DNA of 64,000 nucleotides from Gammaproteobacteria bacterium (GTDB taxonomy: Bacteria > Pseudomonadota > Gammaproteobacteria > Pseudomonadales > Azotimanducaceae). Location: positions 9,596-73,595 of the forward strand of contig JAUILI010000003.1 of the NCBI GenBank assembly GCA_030433075.1, given 5' to 3'. The notes below the pieces were generated by a model. The model was not told the DNA's origin, searched no databases, and saw only the letters and a list, made by a program, of their open reading frames with translations. Position 1 is the stretch's first letter, and every line of letters begins with the position of its first letter. Below are positions 45,987 to 56,713 of the stretch, piece after piece. The translations under genes and the position numbers were made by a program.

Positions 45987-47231
45987 GTGAACGGACTTCA
46001 GGAAACGCAATACGCGATTGATACGTTTTACTTTCTCGTCATGGGCGCGTTGGTCATGTTCATGGCCCCGGGCTTTGCCATGCTCGAAGCGGGTTTAGTC
46101 CGCGCGAAGAATACGGCAGAGATTCTGACGAAGAACGTGGCGCTCTTTGCCATCGCCTGCATCATGTACCTCTTCTTTGGCTATGCGCTCATGTACGGCA
46201 ATGTCACGGAAGGCGCTTGGATTCCGGGCTTCGGCATGGGGATCGGAGCGGAGAACACGGCGGCTGAGGTCCTGGCCTCCGGCGGGGACACTTACTACTC
46301 CGCGCGCTCTGACTACTTCTTCCAGGTGGTCTTCGTGGCGACGGCCATGTCCATCGTTTCCGGGGCCGTGGCCGAGCGCATGAAGCTCTGGGCCTTCCTC
46401 GCCTTCGCCGTGGTCATGACCGGGTTCATCTATCCGATCCAAGGGTCCTGGAGCTGGGGTGGCGGTGCGCTTGCAGCAGCAGGTTTCTCCGACTTTGCAG
46501 GGTCCGGGATCGTGCACATGTGTGGCGCTGCAGCGGCCTTGGCGGGCGTGCTCATGCTTGGGCCGAGGGCGGGGAAGTACGGCGAGGACGGCAGCTCCCG
46601 GGCCATCCCCGGCGCCAACATGCCGCTGGCAACGCTGGGCACCTTCATCCTCTGGTTCGGCTGGTTTGGCTTTAACGGCGGCTCGGAGCTCAAGCTCTCT
46701 AACGTCGATGAGGCGAACGCCGTGGCGCAGGTCTTCGTGAACACCAACCTCGCGGCCTGCGGCGGCGTGGTGGCTGCGCTGCTGACGGCTCGGGCGCTCT
46801 TCGGCAAGGCCGATCTCACCATGGCGCTCAATGGTGCTCTTGCAGGCCTGGTGTCCATCACCGCCGACCCCCTGAGCCCCAGCGCAGAGCTTTCCGTGCT
46901 CGTCGGCCTCATTGGTGGCGTGCTGGTGGTGTTCTCCATCGTGGGCCTCGATCGCCTCAAGATCGACGATCCCGTCGGTGCCATCTCCGTGCACGGCGTC
47001 GTCGGTATCTGGGGCCTCATGGCGGTGCTGCTTTCCAACGGCGACGCCTCCCTGGGCGGGCAGCTGTTCGGGATCGCGGCCATCTTCGGCTGGACCTTCC
47101 TGGCGAGCCTGGCGATCTGGTCCATTCTGAAGTTCACCATGGGCATCCGCGTTTCCCAGGAAGAGGAATACGAGGGTACGGACATCTCCGAGTGTGGCCT
47201 CGAGGCCTACCCGGAATTCACCAAGAGCTAG
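45987..47231 (+). CDS. amtB: Ammonium transporter (AMT1-like subfamily), full length
   Basis: 414 aa, GTG start with SD AGGAGA. Motifs PGFAMLEAGLVRAKN, DFAGSGIVHMCG and ISVHGVVGIWG. Confidence 0.93.
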   Translation: MNGLQETQYAIDTFYFLVMGALVMFMAPGFAMLEAGLVRAKNTAEILTKNVALFAIACIMYLFFGYALMYGNVTEGAWIPGFGMGIGAENTAAEVLASGGDTYYSARSDYFFQVVFVATAMSIVSGAVAERMKLWAFLAFAVVMTGFIYPIQGSWSWGGGALAAAGFSDFAGSGIVHMCGAAAALAGVLMLGPRAGKYGEDGSSRAIPGANMPLATLGTFILWFGWFGFNGGSELKLSNVDEANAVAQVFVNTNLAACGGVVAALLTARALFGKADLTMALNGALAGLVSITADPLSPSAELSVLVGLIGGVLVVFSIVGLDRLKIDDPVGAISVHGVVGIWGLMAVLLSNGDASLGGQLFGIAAIFGWTFLASLAIWSILKFTMGIRVSQEEEYEGTDISECGLEAYPEFTKS

Positions 47232-47252
47232 AACCCAGCCGGGTTTACCAAG

Positions 47253-47276
47253 GCGGGCTTCGGCCCGCTTTTTTTT
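47253..47276 (+). terminator. Rho-independent terminator of amtB
   Basis: GCGGGC-TTCG-GCCCGC hairpin followed by T8. Confidence 0.85.
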
Positions 47277-47435
47277 GCCGAGGGTGTTTGGGAAAGGCGC
47301 GCTCGCAACCTTCCTTCGGCATTCTCGAATAGTTCGTTTTTGCAACATGTTCTTCGGGTCTTTTTGAAACGATCGCGTTATGGTCTAGCTTTGCCGGGGG
47401 GATGGCGCAGCGCAAGCGCCTGAGGCAGGGAACCA

Positions 47436-48173
47436 ATGAAAGTGCTCGTGGCGGACGGTGATCCGTCTCTTCGTGCCCACCTGAAGGCGGAGCTTTCCAC
47501 GCTCCAGGGCTTCGATGTGGTGGGGGAGGCCTCCGACGGCCTCGAGCTTCTCCGCAAGGTAGAAGGGCGTAGCCCGCAAATTGTGCTCCTCGGGGCGCGC
47601 CTGCCGCGCATGACGGGCCTTGAGGCCTTGCTGCATCTTGGCCACCTCGATAATCACCCGGCAATTTACGTGCTCCTCGATGCCACGGATCCGCTGGCCC
47701 ACTGCCTCAGTCAGCATCCCGTCGCGCTCCTGCCGCGCCACGCGACCAGCGAGCAGCTTCGCCAGTTGCTGCCCCAGGCTTGCCGCCCGCGGCGCGCCGA
47801 CGTTGAGGCCCTTTGGACCGATTTAGTGGCCGAAGGCTTTACGCGCACCCATATCAGCGCCCGAACGCGCCGGGGCCTGGTGCTTATTCCCCTAGAAGAG
47901 GTTCGCTATCTTCAGGCTGATCAAAAGTACGTGACCGTGCGGGCCCCTGGCGTTGAGGTGTTGATCGAGGATACGCTGGCGGCGCTGGAGGGGGAGTTCG
48001 GTCCGCGTTTTCGCCGCATTCACCGCAATGCCCTGGTGGCGGTGGCCTATTTGCAGGGTTTGCAGCGCACGCCGCAGGGCTTCTACGAGGCATTGCTGGC
48101 GGATATCGAAGAACCCCTTCCCGTTTCGCGGCGCCAGGCAGGCGCCCTACGTCGATTTTTGAAGGCGCGCTGA
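47436..48173 (+). CDS. algR: LytTR-family response regulator, AlgR-like, with a degenerate receiver domain
   Basis: 245 aa. C-terminal LytTR domain (HISARTRRGLVLIPLEEVRYLQADQKYV...FRRIHRNALVAV). Gly53 occupies the phospho-acceptor position (IVLLGARLPRMTG). Conserved algR-hemC synteny. Confidence 0.85.
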   Translation: MKVLVADGDPSLRAHLKAELSTLQGFDVVGEASDGLELLRKVEGRSPQIVLLGARLPRMTGLEALLHLGHLDNHPAIYVLLDATDPLAHCLSQHPVALLPRHATSEQLRQLLPQACRPRRADVEALWTDLVAEGFTRTHISARTRRGLVLIPLEEVRYLQADQKYVTVRAPGVEVLIEDTLAALEGEFGPRFRRIHRNALVAVAYLQGLQRTPQGFYEALLADIEEPLPVSRRQAGALRRFLKAR

Positions 48174-48203
48174 GCCTCGGGGCCGCGCCCGGGGGAAAGC
48201 ACT

Positions 48204-49142
48204 ATGGCTCAGCGGCCCATCCGAATTGCCACCCGCGCATCGAAGCTCGCTCTTTGGCAGGCCCACTGGGTGCGGGACGCGCTGCTGGCCCGGGATCCCT
48301 CCCTGGATATCACGCTGCTCGAAATGACCACGGAAGGGGACCGCTTTCTCGCGGCGCCCCTTGCGAAGGTGGGGGGCAAGGGCCTCTTCGTTAAGGAGCT
48401 GGAAACGGCCATGCTCGATGGCCGGGCGGACTTGGCCGTCCATTCCATGAAAGATGTCCCCGTGGCCTTTCCCGAAGGCCTTGGCCTTTCCGTGATCTGC
48501 GCCCGCGAAGATCCCAGTGATGCTTTCGTCGCCCGGGAGGACGTGGCCGCGCAAACCCTTGAGGCGCTCCCCGCTGGGGCGCGGGTGGGCACGGCGAGCC
48601 TGCGCCGCGCAAGCCAGGTCATGGCCCTTCGTCCCGATCTGGAGACGGCGCCCGTACGCGGCAATGTGCAAACGCGGCTTGCGAAGCTCGATAGCGGCGA
48701 ATTCGATGCCATCGTGCTCGCCAGCGCGGGGCTTCTGCGCCTAGAGCTCGGGGATCGCATCCGCTCGCGCTTACGCGCTCCAGAATTTCTCCCCGCGGGG
48801 GGGCAGGGCGCGGTGGGCATTGAATGCCGCAGCGACGACGCCGAACTTCAGGCGCTGCTCGCCCCCCTAGGCTGCGCCGTAACCACCGCCTGCGTGTCCG
48901 CGGAGCGCCGCGTATCCGCGCGCCTCGGCGGGAACTGTTCCGTGCCCTTGGCGGCCTACTGCGTGGAAGAGGGCGACGGCTATTGGCTTCAGGCCCTGGT
49001 CGCCGATCCCAGCGGCGCGCCGGTCCTTCGCGCCGAAGCTCGGGGCTCCGATCCCCTCGCTTTGGGTGACGAAGTTGCCCAGGCCCTGCTCGACGCCGGC
49101 GCGGGGCCGCTCCTTGAGGCGGTGCTCGCCGCCCAGCCCTGA
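48204..49142 (+). CDS. hemC: Hydroxymethylbilane synthase (porphobilinogen deaminase)
   Basis: 312 aa. IRIATRASKLALWQA start. Family sequence throughout. Confidence 0.95.
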   Translation: MAQRPIRIATRASKLALWQAHWVRDALLARDPSLDITLLEMTTEGDRFLAAPLAKVGGKGLFVKELETAMLDGRADLAVHSMKDVPVAFPEGLGLSVICAREDPSDAFVAREDVAAQTLEALPAGARVGTASLRRASQVMALRPDLETAPVRGNVQTRLAKLDSGEFDAIVLASAGLLRLELGDRIRSRLRAPEFLPAGGQGAVGIECRSDDAELQALLAPLGCAVTTACVSAERRVSARLGGNCSVPLAAYCVEEGDGYWLQALVADPSGAPVLRAEARGSDPLALGDEVAQALLDAGAGPLLEAVLAAQP

Positions 49143-49903
49143 TGCTGCGCATTCTACTGGCCCGCGCCGATCGCACCCTTCCGGAGGCGCAGCAGGCGCT
49201 GGAGCAGCGGGGCTTTTCCGTGGTGCCGGCGCCCGTACTCACCCTTCACCCGGAAGCGGAAAGCGTCGCCGATCGTGCGGTGGCGCAGCGCCTTGATCAG
49301 TTCGATGCGGTCATCGTGATTTCCGAAGCCGCCGCAGAGCTTGGCCTAAAACGCCTCGAAACCTATTGGCCCCAGTGGCCCCTCCACCCCCGGTGGTATG
49401 CCGTCGGCGCGCGCAGCGCCCGGGCCCTGGAGGCCCGAGGTCTCACCGTAACCGTGCCTTCGCTGGAAACCACTGAAGGTCTGCTTGCCCTTCCATCCGT
49501 CGCGGAGGCGCAGGAAACGCTCTTGCTAAAAGGCGCGGGGGGGCGGCCCGTGTTGGAGGAGACGCTGAAAGGCTGGGGCCAGAAGGTCACCGTCTTGTCC
49601 CTCTATGCGCGTGCAGCGGCGCCCTGCGCTCTGCCTTCGCCAGAGTCCATCGATGTTGTGGTGGTCGGCAGCGGGGAATGCCTGGAGGCGCTGCTGGCGG
49701 CGGGGGGCGAGGGCTTTCGCGAAAAGGTTCTTTTAGCCCCCTCGGAACGGGTGGCGGAGCGGGCCCGGCAGTTGGGCTTCCCGCAGGCGCAAGCGGTGCC
49801 GAGCCTGGCTCCGGACCCGTTAGCGGAGGCGCTGACGCGACTGTCCAGGCTCCCCCGGGAGGGGGATAATGAATCCGTCGGAACTGATGGGGAACAGAGG
49901 TGA
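49142..49903 (+). CDS. hemD: Uroporphyrinogen-III synthase
   Basis: 253 aa. TGATG junction with hemC. Conserved position. Confidence 0.82.
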   Translation: MLRILLARADRTLPEAQQALEQRGFSVVPAPVLTLHPEAESVADRAVAQRLDQFDAVIVISEAAAELGLKRLETYWPQWPLHPRWYAVGARSARALEARGLTVTVPSLETTEGLLALPSVAEAQETLLLKGAGGRPVLEETLKGWGQKVTVLSLYARAAAPCALPSPESIDVVVVGSGECLEALLAAGGEGFREKVLLAPSERVAERARQLGFPQAQAVPSLAPDPLAEALTRLSRLPREGDNESVGTDGEQR

Positions 49904-50931
49904 CGGATAGCGCGCAGGAGACAAAGCCGCCGAAGGCTCGGGGAGGCGCGCTGAGCTGGCTGGCCTTCCTTCTCGCCCTCGGGGCCGCAGGCGGTGCGGC
50001 CTATCCCTTTTATCTGACCCAGCAGGGCCAGTCTGAGGTCCAGAAGCTTGAGGCCGCCCTCAGTGCCGAACTTGGAGACCTTCGCCAGCAGGCTCGGGCC
50101 CAGGCCCTGGCCCTTGCGGCGCAAGGCGATGCGCTGCGGGTGGCGGAGGATGCGCTCGCGGAGGCTAGAGCAGGGCAGCAAGCCCTGGCGGCGGAGCTCG
50201 CCGCCCTGGCCCAGCGCGCGGAAGCCGATGCGGGCAGCTTGGCGGCGGTCCGTCTTGCGGAGGTTCGCTATCTCAGCGCCGTGGCTACGCAACGCCTTCG
50301 CCTGGAGCGGGACGTGCCGGGCACGGTGCGCCTTCTTGAGCGGGCCGATGCGGTGCTCGCGGAAGCGGATCAGGCCAGCGACGTCCCCCTGCGCCGCGCC
50401 CTCGGCGCCGCCCTCGGCGCCCTTCGCAGCGCCCCGCGCATTGATACGGTCGGGCTCTATCTCGAAGTGGAGCAGCTCGCGGGGCTGACCGATCGCCTCC
50501 CCCTTGCTGCCCCTGTGTTTCGCGCCGAAGCGCCCAAGGCAGAGGCAACGCCCGCGCCCGTTGGCGTGGTTGCCTGGCTCTGGGAAAAGCTTTCGGGGCT
50601 CTTCCGCCTGCGGCGTACCGAGGTGCCCAGCGCCAGCCCCCTTCTTCCCGAGGGCGCCGCACCCCTGCTCCAGCACGGCCTTCGCCTGACCCTAAGCCAG
50701 GCTCAGCTTGCCTTGCTTCGGGGCGATGGGGCGCTGTGGCGGGCCAGCCTCGAGGCGGCGGCGCAGCGCGTGGAAAAATATGGACGGCCGTCCCGGGATC
50801 GTAGCCGCCTGCTCGAACGGCTGGGGGCCCTTGCGGCAACGCCCGTCGCCGCGGAAGGGGAGGTGGTCACGGCGGCGCAGGACGCGCTGGGGGTCGTTAG
50901 CGAAGCGCTCGAAGCGCGGCTGGGCACATGA
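49900..50931 (+). CDS. hemX: HemX-family membrane protein
   Basis: 343 aa. N-terminal TM followed by an Ala/Leu/Gln-rich coiled coil. GTGA overlap with hemD. Confidence 0.78.
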   Translation: MTDSAQETKPPKARGGALSWLAFLLALGAAGGAAYPFYLTQQGQSEVQKLEAALSAELGDLRQQARAQALALAAQGDALRVAEDALAEARAGQQALAAELAALAQRAEADAGSLAAVRLAEVRYLSAVATQRLRLERDVPGTVRLLERADAVLAEADQASDVPLRRALGAALGALRSAPRIDTVGLYLEVEQLAGLTDRLPLAAPVFRAEAPKAEATPAPVGVVAWLWEKLSGLFRLRRTEVPSASPLLPEGAAPLLQHGLRLTLSQAQLALLRGDGALWRASLEAAAQRVEKYGRPSRDRSRLLERLGALAATPVAAEGEVVTAAQDALGVVSEALEARLGT

Positions 50932-52037
50932 GGCGTCGCTTACTGTTTGCGGTTATTGCGCTGGGCCTGGCCGCCGGGGGCGGCGTTCTCATGGTGCGCG
51001 ACCCGGGCTACCTGGGCCTCGCCTATGGCGGGTGGTTATTTGAAAGCAGTCTCTGGCTGGGCCTGCTTGGGCTCGCCTTCCTGGCTTTTGTGCTCCGCGC
51101 CGTGGCGCTCTTCGTCGCGGGGCTGCTGGGCTTTTCTCGAGGTCTTCGGGGTTGGCGGGCCCGACGGGCCGCGGCCCAGGCCCCAAGCCGCCTTCTTCGG
51201 CGCCTGGAGGCCACGCTCGGGGGGGAGAGCGTTCCCGCGCCCCTAGCGTCGGAAGCGGCGCCGGCGCTGCAAGCCCTGGACGCGCTGGTGGCCGGGCTTG
51301 GAGGTGAGACCCTCGCCGATGACCGCTTAAGCGCAGCGCCCCATGCCGCGGCCTGGCTCAAGGCCCTGTCCCCCACGGCCGATCCTACGGAAGCCCTCGC
51401 AGCCCTTCGGGCGGCCCCAGCGCTTCTGCGTACCCCCTGGGCAGAACGCTGGGTGCCGACGCTGCTCGCCGCCGATCCCGAGCCCCTTCACTCGCTGCCG
51501 GCCCTTGGGGCTCTCGGTCCTTCCGGAGAATCTCTGGTGGCTGCGGCCTTCGATGCTGCCGATGGTGTTTCCGAACCCGCGCTTACGGAGGCCTTTAGCG
51601 CCTTACCGAAGGCGGTGAAGCGCCGGGTGGCCGTGCAAGCTGCCTACGCCAAGGCCCTTCAGCGCGCCGGCGCACACGCCGCCGCAGAATCGGTCCTTCG
51701 GGGCGCCTTGAAGCAGACCCAGGATGATCGCCTCCAGGCGGCCTTTGGGCAGCTCCGCAGCGCGGACCCCGCTGCTGCGCTAAAGGTTGCCCAGGGGTGG
51801 CTTCAGGGGCGCCGCGATGATCCCGTGGTGCTCCTGGCCGTGGGGCGCTTGGCCCTTGTGGCCGGTGCTCTGGAGGTTACGGCGCAAATGCTGGAGGCCA
51901 GTGAGGCCCTGGACGCCGCCGGTGGCGCAAGGGGGGCCCAGCTAGATCGTGAAGCGCTTCGGACGCTAAAAGCGGACTGGCTGGCAGCCAAGGGCGAGCA
52001 CGCCGCGGCCTTTGCGTTGCTTCGCGGGGACCGCTAG
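50928..52037 (+). CDS. hemY: HemY-family (TPR-like) membrane protein
   Basis: 369 aa. Two N-terminal TM segments and a helical-repeat C-terminus. ATGA overlap with hemX. Confidence 0.78.
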   Translation: MRRRLLFAVIALGLAAGGGVLMVRDPGYLGLAYGGWLFESSLWLGLLGLAFLAFVLRAVALFVAGLLGFSRGLRGWRARRAAAQAPSRLLRRLEATLGGESVPAPLASEAAPALQALDALVAGLGGETLADDRLSAAPHAAAWLKALSPTADPTEALAALRAAPALLRTPWAERWVPTLLAADPEPLHSLPALGALGPSGESLVAAAFDAADGVSEPALTEAFSALPKAVKRRVAVQAAYAKALQRAGAHAAAESVLRGALKQTQDDRLQAAFGQLRSADPAAALKVAQGWLQGRRDDPVVLLAVGRLALVAGALEVTAQMLEASEALDAAGGARGAQLDREALRTLKADWLAAKGEHAAAFALLRGDR

Positions 52038-52783
52038 GGCGCGTCAGGCCAAGCCACGGTGCGGGGGGCATAGGCGAAAGCATCGGCCTGGCACTGAGCG
52101 CGGCGAAGCCCCGCAGGCAGCAGGGCGTCCACCGTCCCCCAGACCATCCCCGGACCCCCGCCCAGAAGCACCTGCCAGTCGCTTAGGGTCAGGCGCCCGC
52201 CTTCAATATCACTCAGCACCGCATCGCTGACTCGCCCCTCCCTAAGGTCTGGGTCTTCCCCCGCACCCGCCTCTGCGCAGCCCACCCAGGTGAAGCGCGG
52301 GTAGGCCTCGGCGAGTAAATCCAGCTCGTCCTTCAGATAGATCCCTTCGCTGCTGAGGGCCCCCCAATAGAGTCGGAGAGGTGGGCCGTCCTGGCCCCCG
52401 AGGCGCAGCTGCGCCAGCACGACGCTGCGCAGCTGGGTGATGCCCGTGCCGCCGCCGAGAAGGAGGAGAGGTTGGGTGAGGGGCTCTGCGAAGGTGCACT
52501 CGCCATGGGGCAGATCGACCCCGAGCGGGTCGCCTTCGTCCAAAAGCTTCAGCAGGTAGGCGCTATCGCTGTGCCCCGGCGTGGGCTGAAAGTGGAGCGT
52601 CAAGGCGGGAAGATCCGCGGGATCGGAGGCCAGGGAGAGGGGCAGACGCGCCTCCCCAGGCGCGCCCAGACACACATACTGCCCCGGGGCCATGGGGGGC
52701 GCGGGGCCCCGGAGCCGGAGGGCGAGGCTGAGCACCCGGTCCGGGAGCGCCTCCACTGCTTCAAGATCCGCGAGGATCTCCAT
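52034..52783 (-). CDS. fre: NAD(P)H-flavin reductase, Fre-like (FNR-fold oxidoreductase)
   Basis: 249 aa. LPLSLAS (compare RPFSIAS), DLPHGEC, LGGGTGITQ, LYWGA and ADAFAY align with my recalled E. coli Fre sequence. Confidence 0.75.
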   Translation of the reverse strand: MEILADLEAVEALPDRVLSLALRLRGPAPPMAPGQYVCLGAPGEARLPLSLASDPADLPALTLHFQPTPGHSDSAYLLKLLDEGDPLGVDLPHGECTFAEPLTQPLLLLGGGTGITQLRSVVLAQLRLGGQDGPPLRLYWGALSSEGIYLKDELDLLAEAYPRFTWVGCAEAGAGEDPDLREGRVSDAVLSDIEGGRLTLSDWQVLLGGGPGMVWGTVDALLPAGLRRAQCQADAFAYAPRTVAWPDAP

Positions 52784-52793
52784 GGAGGACCGG

Positions 52794-54053
52794 CTAGCGA
52801 CCCTTCATGGACGAGAAGAACTCGTCGTTGGTTTTGAAGTCCTTCAGCTTATCGAGGAGGAACTCCGTTGCCGCGATGTCATCCATTTCGTGGAGGAGCT
52901 TGCGCAGAATCCAAATGCGCTGGAGCTCGTCTTCCGTGGTAAGGAGATCCTCGCGACGCGTGCCAGAACGGCGAATATTGATGGCCGGGAAGACGCGCTT
53001 TTCGGCGATGCGCCGCTCGAGGTGCAGTTCCTGGTTCCCCGTGCCCTTGAATTCTTCGTAGATGACCTCGTCCATCTTCGAGCCGGTCTCGATGAGTGCC
53101 GTGGCGATGATGGTAAGGCTGCCGCCCTCTTCGATATTCCGGGCAGCGCCAAAGAAACGCTTCGGACGCTCAAGGGCATGAGCATCCACCCCCCCGGTGA
53201 GCACCTTGCCCGAGGAAGGCACGATGGTGTTGTAGGCGCGAGCCAGGCGGGTGATGGAGTCGAGCAAGATCACCACGTCTTTCTTGTGTTCTACCAGGCG
53301 CTTGGCCTTTTCGATGACCATTTCGGCCACCTGCACGTGTCGCGCCGGGGGTTCGTCGAAGGTGCTGGCCACCACTTCCCCGCGCACCGTGCGCTGCATC
53401 TCCGTTACCTCTTCCGGGCGCTCGTCGATGAGCAGCACGATGAGCATGGTTTCCGGATTGTTGTAGGCGATGGCCTGCGCGATGTTCTGCAGCATCAGGG
53501 TTTTCCCCGCCTTCGGCGGCGAAACAATCAGGCCCCGTTGCCCCTTCCCGATGGGCGCTACCAGATCGACGATGCGGGAGGCGAGGTCCTCCGTGCTGCC
53601 CGTGCCCCGCTCGAGGCGGAGCCGTTCCTGGGGAAAGAGGGGGGTGAGGTTCTCGAAGAGAATCTTGTGCTTCTTCGTGTTCGGTTCGCTGTAGTTGATC
53701 TCATCAACCTTGAGCAGCGCGAAGTAGCGCTCTCCATCCTTCGGCGGGCGAATCTTCCCCGCGATGCTGTCACCGGTGCGCAGATTGAAACGGCGGATCT
53801 GGCTCGGGGAGACATAAATATCGTCGGGCCCGGCCAAATAGGACGTGTCCGGGGAGCGAAGGAAGCCGAAGCCGTCCTGAAGAATCTCCAGCGTGCCGTC
53901 TCCGTAGATGTCTTCGCCGTTCTTTGCGTGCTTGCGTAGCACGGCGGCGATGACTTCCTGTTTCCGGGAGCGGGCGAGGTTTTCAAGGCCCATTTCCTGG
54001 GCCATGTTAAGCAGTTCAGGGACGGGCAGGCGTTTAAGGTCGGTGAGATTCAT
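52794..54053 (-). CDS. rho: Transcription termination factor Rho
   Basis: 419 aa from [15 protein letters not shown]. Walker A PPKAGKT. Highly conserved throughout. Confidence 0.97.
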   Translation of the reverse strand: MNLTDLKRLPVPELLNMAQEMGLENLARSRKQEVIAAVLRKHAKNGEDIYGDGTLEILQDGFGFLRSPDTSYLAGPDDIYVSPSQIRRFNLRTGDSIAGKIRPPKDGERYFALLKVDEINYSEPNTKKHKILFENLTPLFPQERLRLERGTGSTEDLASRIVDLVAPIGKGQRGLIVSPPKAGKTLMLQNIAQAIAYNNPETMLIVLLIDERPEEVTEMQRTVRGEVVASTFDEPPARHVQVAEMVIEKAKRLVEHKKDVVILLDSITRLARAYNTIVPSSGKVLTGGVDAHALERPKRFFGAARNIEEGGSLTIIATALIETGSKMDEVIYEEFKGTGNQELHLERRIAEKRVFPAINIRRSGTRREDLLTTEDELQRIWILRKLLHEMDDIAATEFLLDKLKDFKTNDEFFSSMKGR

Positions 54054-54293
54054 ATCCACGTGATCAGTATGGGAGCGTGCTCCACGCGTATGGGCTGGCG
54101 CCAACGCTTGAGAAAGCGGCGTTGCGTGGAAATGCTCGGGAAATTAGAAGACGGGGTTTAAGTGCTGCGGTGCCTGCTGACCCCCTATCAGGCAGAGCTA
54201 TGGTGGCCTCTGCCTCCGGCGTCGTCAAGGCCTTTCCGCGGACGCTGCGCGCCCCCCTCGAGCGCGCAGATTCCCTGGCCTAGAAGGACCTGA

Positions 54294-54620
54294 CTAGATG
54301 TGGCTGTCGAGGAATGCGGCCAGCTGGCTCTTTGACAGAGCGCCCACCTTCGTGGCTTCCACGTCGCCGTTCTTAAACAGCATGAGCGTGGGGATGCCCC
54401 GGATGCCGTAGCGCTCGGCGGCGGCTTGGTTCTCGTCCACGTTCACCTTGCACACCTTTACGCGGTCGCCGTATTCCTGAGCGATCTCGTCGAGGATGGG
54501 GGCAATCATCTTGCAGGGCCCGCACCACTCCGCCCAGTAGTCGACCAGGACGGGACGGTCGGCGTTTAGCACGTCTTCGTCGAAGGACGTTTGGCTGACA
54601 TGCACAATATTTTCGCTCAT
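54294..54620 (-). CDS. trxA: Thioredoxin 1
   Basis: 108 aa. WAEWCGPCK active site. Confidence 0.96.
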   Translation of the reverse strand: MSENIVHVSQTSFDEDVLNADRPVLVDYWAEWCGPCKMIAPILDEIAQEYGDRVKVCKVNVDENQAAAERYGIRGIPTLMLFKNGDVEATKVGALSKSQLAAFLDSHI

Positions 54621-54731
54621 GGGGAATGCTCCGGGACTCAGCTAAGGCGAGGCGCCAGTGTACCATCGCCGCGGCAAAGCAACATCGCTTGCAGCGGTCC
54701 TTTCCCCTTTCTCACGCCCTGAGGAGTCGCC

Positions 54732-55604
54732 ATGACCTACCCCCGCGTCGTCGTTGATCTGGGAAGCCATACCTTCCACTGGGTCATGGCCTCCGGGGCG
54801 GCGGTGGAGCGCTTCGAGCGCCGCGGGCTCCGGGTGGCCCTGGCCGCAGGCCTATCCGAGGATGGCGAGCTGGCCCCGGAGGCCCTGCGCCGGGCGGAGG
54901 CCGCACTGGCCCAGATGGGAAACGCGCTCCGAGACATCCCCCTTGCTCAGCGGCGCGTGCTCGGCACGGCGACCTTTCGCCGCCTGCGCGATCCAGCGCC
55001 CCTGCAGGCGCGGGTGGCCGCGCATTTAGGCATGCCCGCCGAGGTGCTGACCGGGGAGGAGGAGGCGACCTTGATTTGGCACGGGGTCGCGGCCTGGCAA
55101 CCCCTGGGCGAGGCGCCGCGCTGCACCCTCGATGTGGGGGGCGCCAGCACGGAGCTGGCGATCGGTTCTGCGGCGGGGCTGACCCAGGTCCTGAGCTTGC
55201 CCCTGGGCTGCGTGACCGTGAGCGAAGCCGCCGGCACGGCGAGCGATCGCTGGGCTCGAGCGGATGCCGTGGTGGCGAAGGCGCTGGCGGAAGCCGGGCT
55301 CTCCGCCTTTCGCGTGGCCCCTGGCGCTTGCCTGGCCACCGGCGGGTCGGCGATTTCGGCGCAGGCCCTGGCGAGGGCCCAGGGCTTGGCCGCGGACCGG
55401 GTGTCCCTCAGCTTTTTAGAGGGGCTTTGGCGTCAGCTGCGCAGCCACGGGGGCCTTGCGCCCGCCGGTTTGCCGGGGGGCCGCAGCGCCGTAGTGCTGG
55501 GGGAGCTGGCCCTGCTTCGGGGCCTTCTGCGCGCCCTGGGACAGCCGCTGCTGCCCCTCGTGCCCGGCGCCCTTGCCGATGGAGCGCTTCGCACCCGTTT
55601 TTGA
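54732..55604 (+). CDS. Ppx/GppA-family phosphatase, short two-domain form
   Basis: 290 aa. VVDLGSHTF and DVGGASTEL ASKHA-fold motifs. It lacks the long C-terminal region of the E. coli Ppx/GppA proteins. Confidence 0.78.
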   Translation: MTYPRVVVDLGSHTFHWVMASGAAVERFERRGLRVALAAGLSEDGELAPEALRRAEAALAQMGNALRDIPLAQRRVLGTATFRRLRDPAPLQARVAAHLGMPAEVLTGEEEATLIWHGVAAWQPLGEAPRCTLDVGGASTELAIGSAAGLTQVLSLPLGCVTVSEAAGTASDRWARADAVVAKALAEAGLSAFRVAPGACLATGGSAISAQALARAQGLAADRVSLSFLEGLWRQLRSHGGLAPAGLPGGRSAVVLGELALLRGLLRALGQPLLPLVPGALADGALRTRF

Positions 55605-55622
55605 GGGGGCTTTTGAGCGGGT

Positions 55623-56711
<1,089 letters not shown>

Positions 56712-56713
56712 CT

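Noticed and set aside
54190-54269. Two stem-loops in the trxA-rho spacer as intrinsic terminators (AGGCAGAG/CTCTGCCT, and CTGCGCGC/GCGCGCAG at 54245-54269)
   Set aside because: The hairpins are real in the sequence, but neither is followed by a U-run on the transcribed (minus) strand. They may belong to the rho leader. The evidence is insufficient to annotate them.
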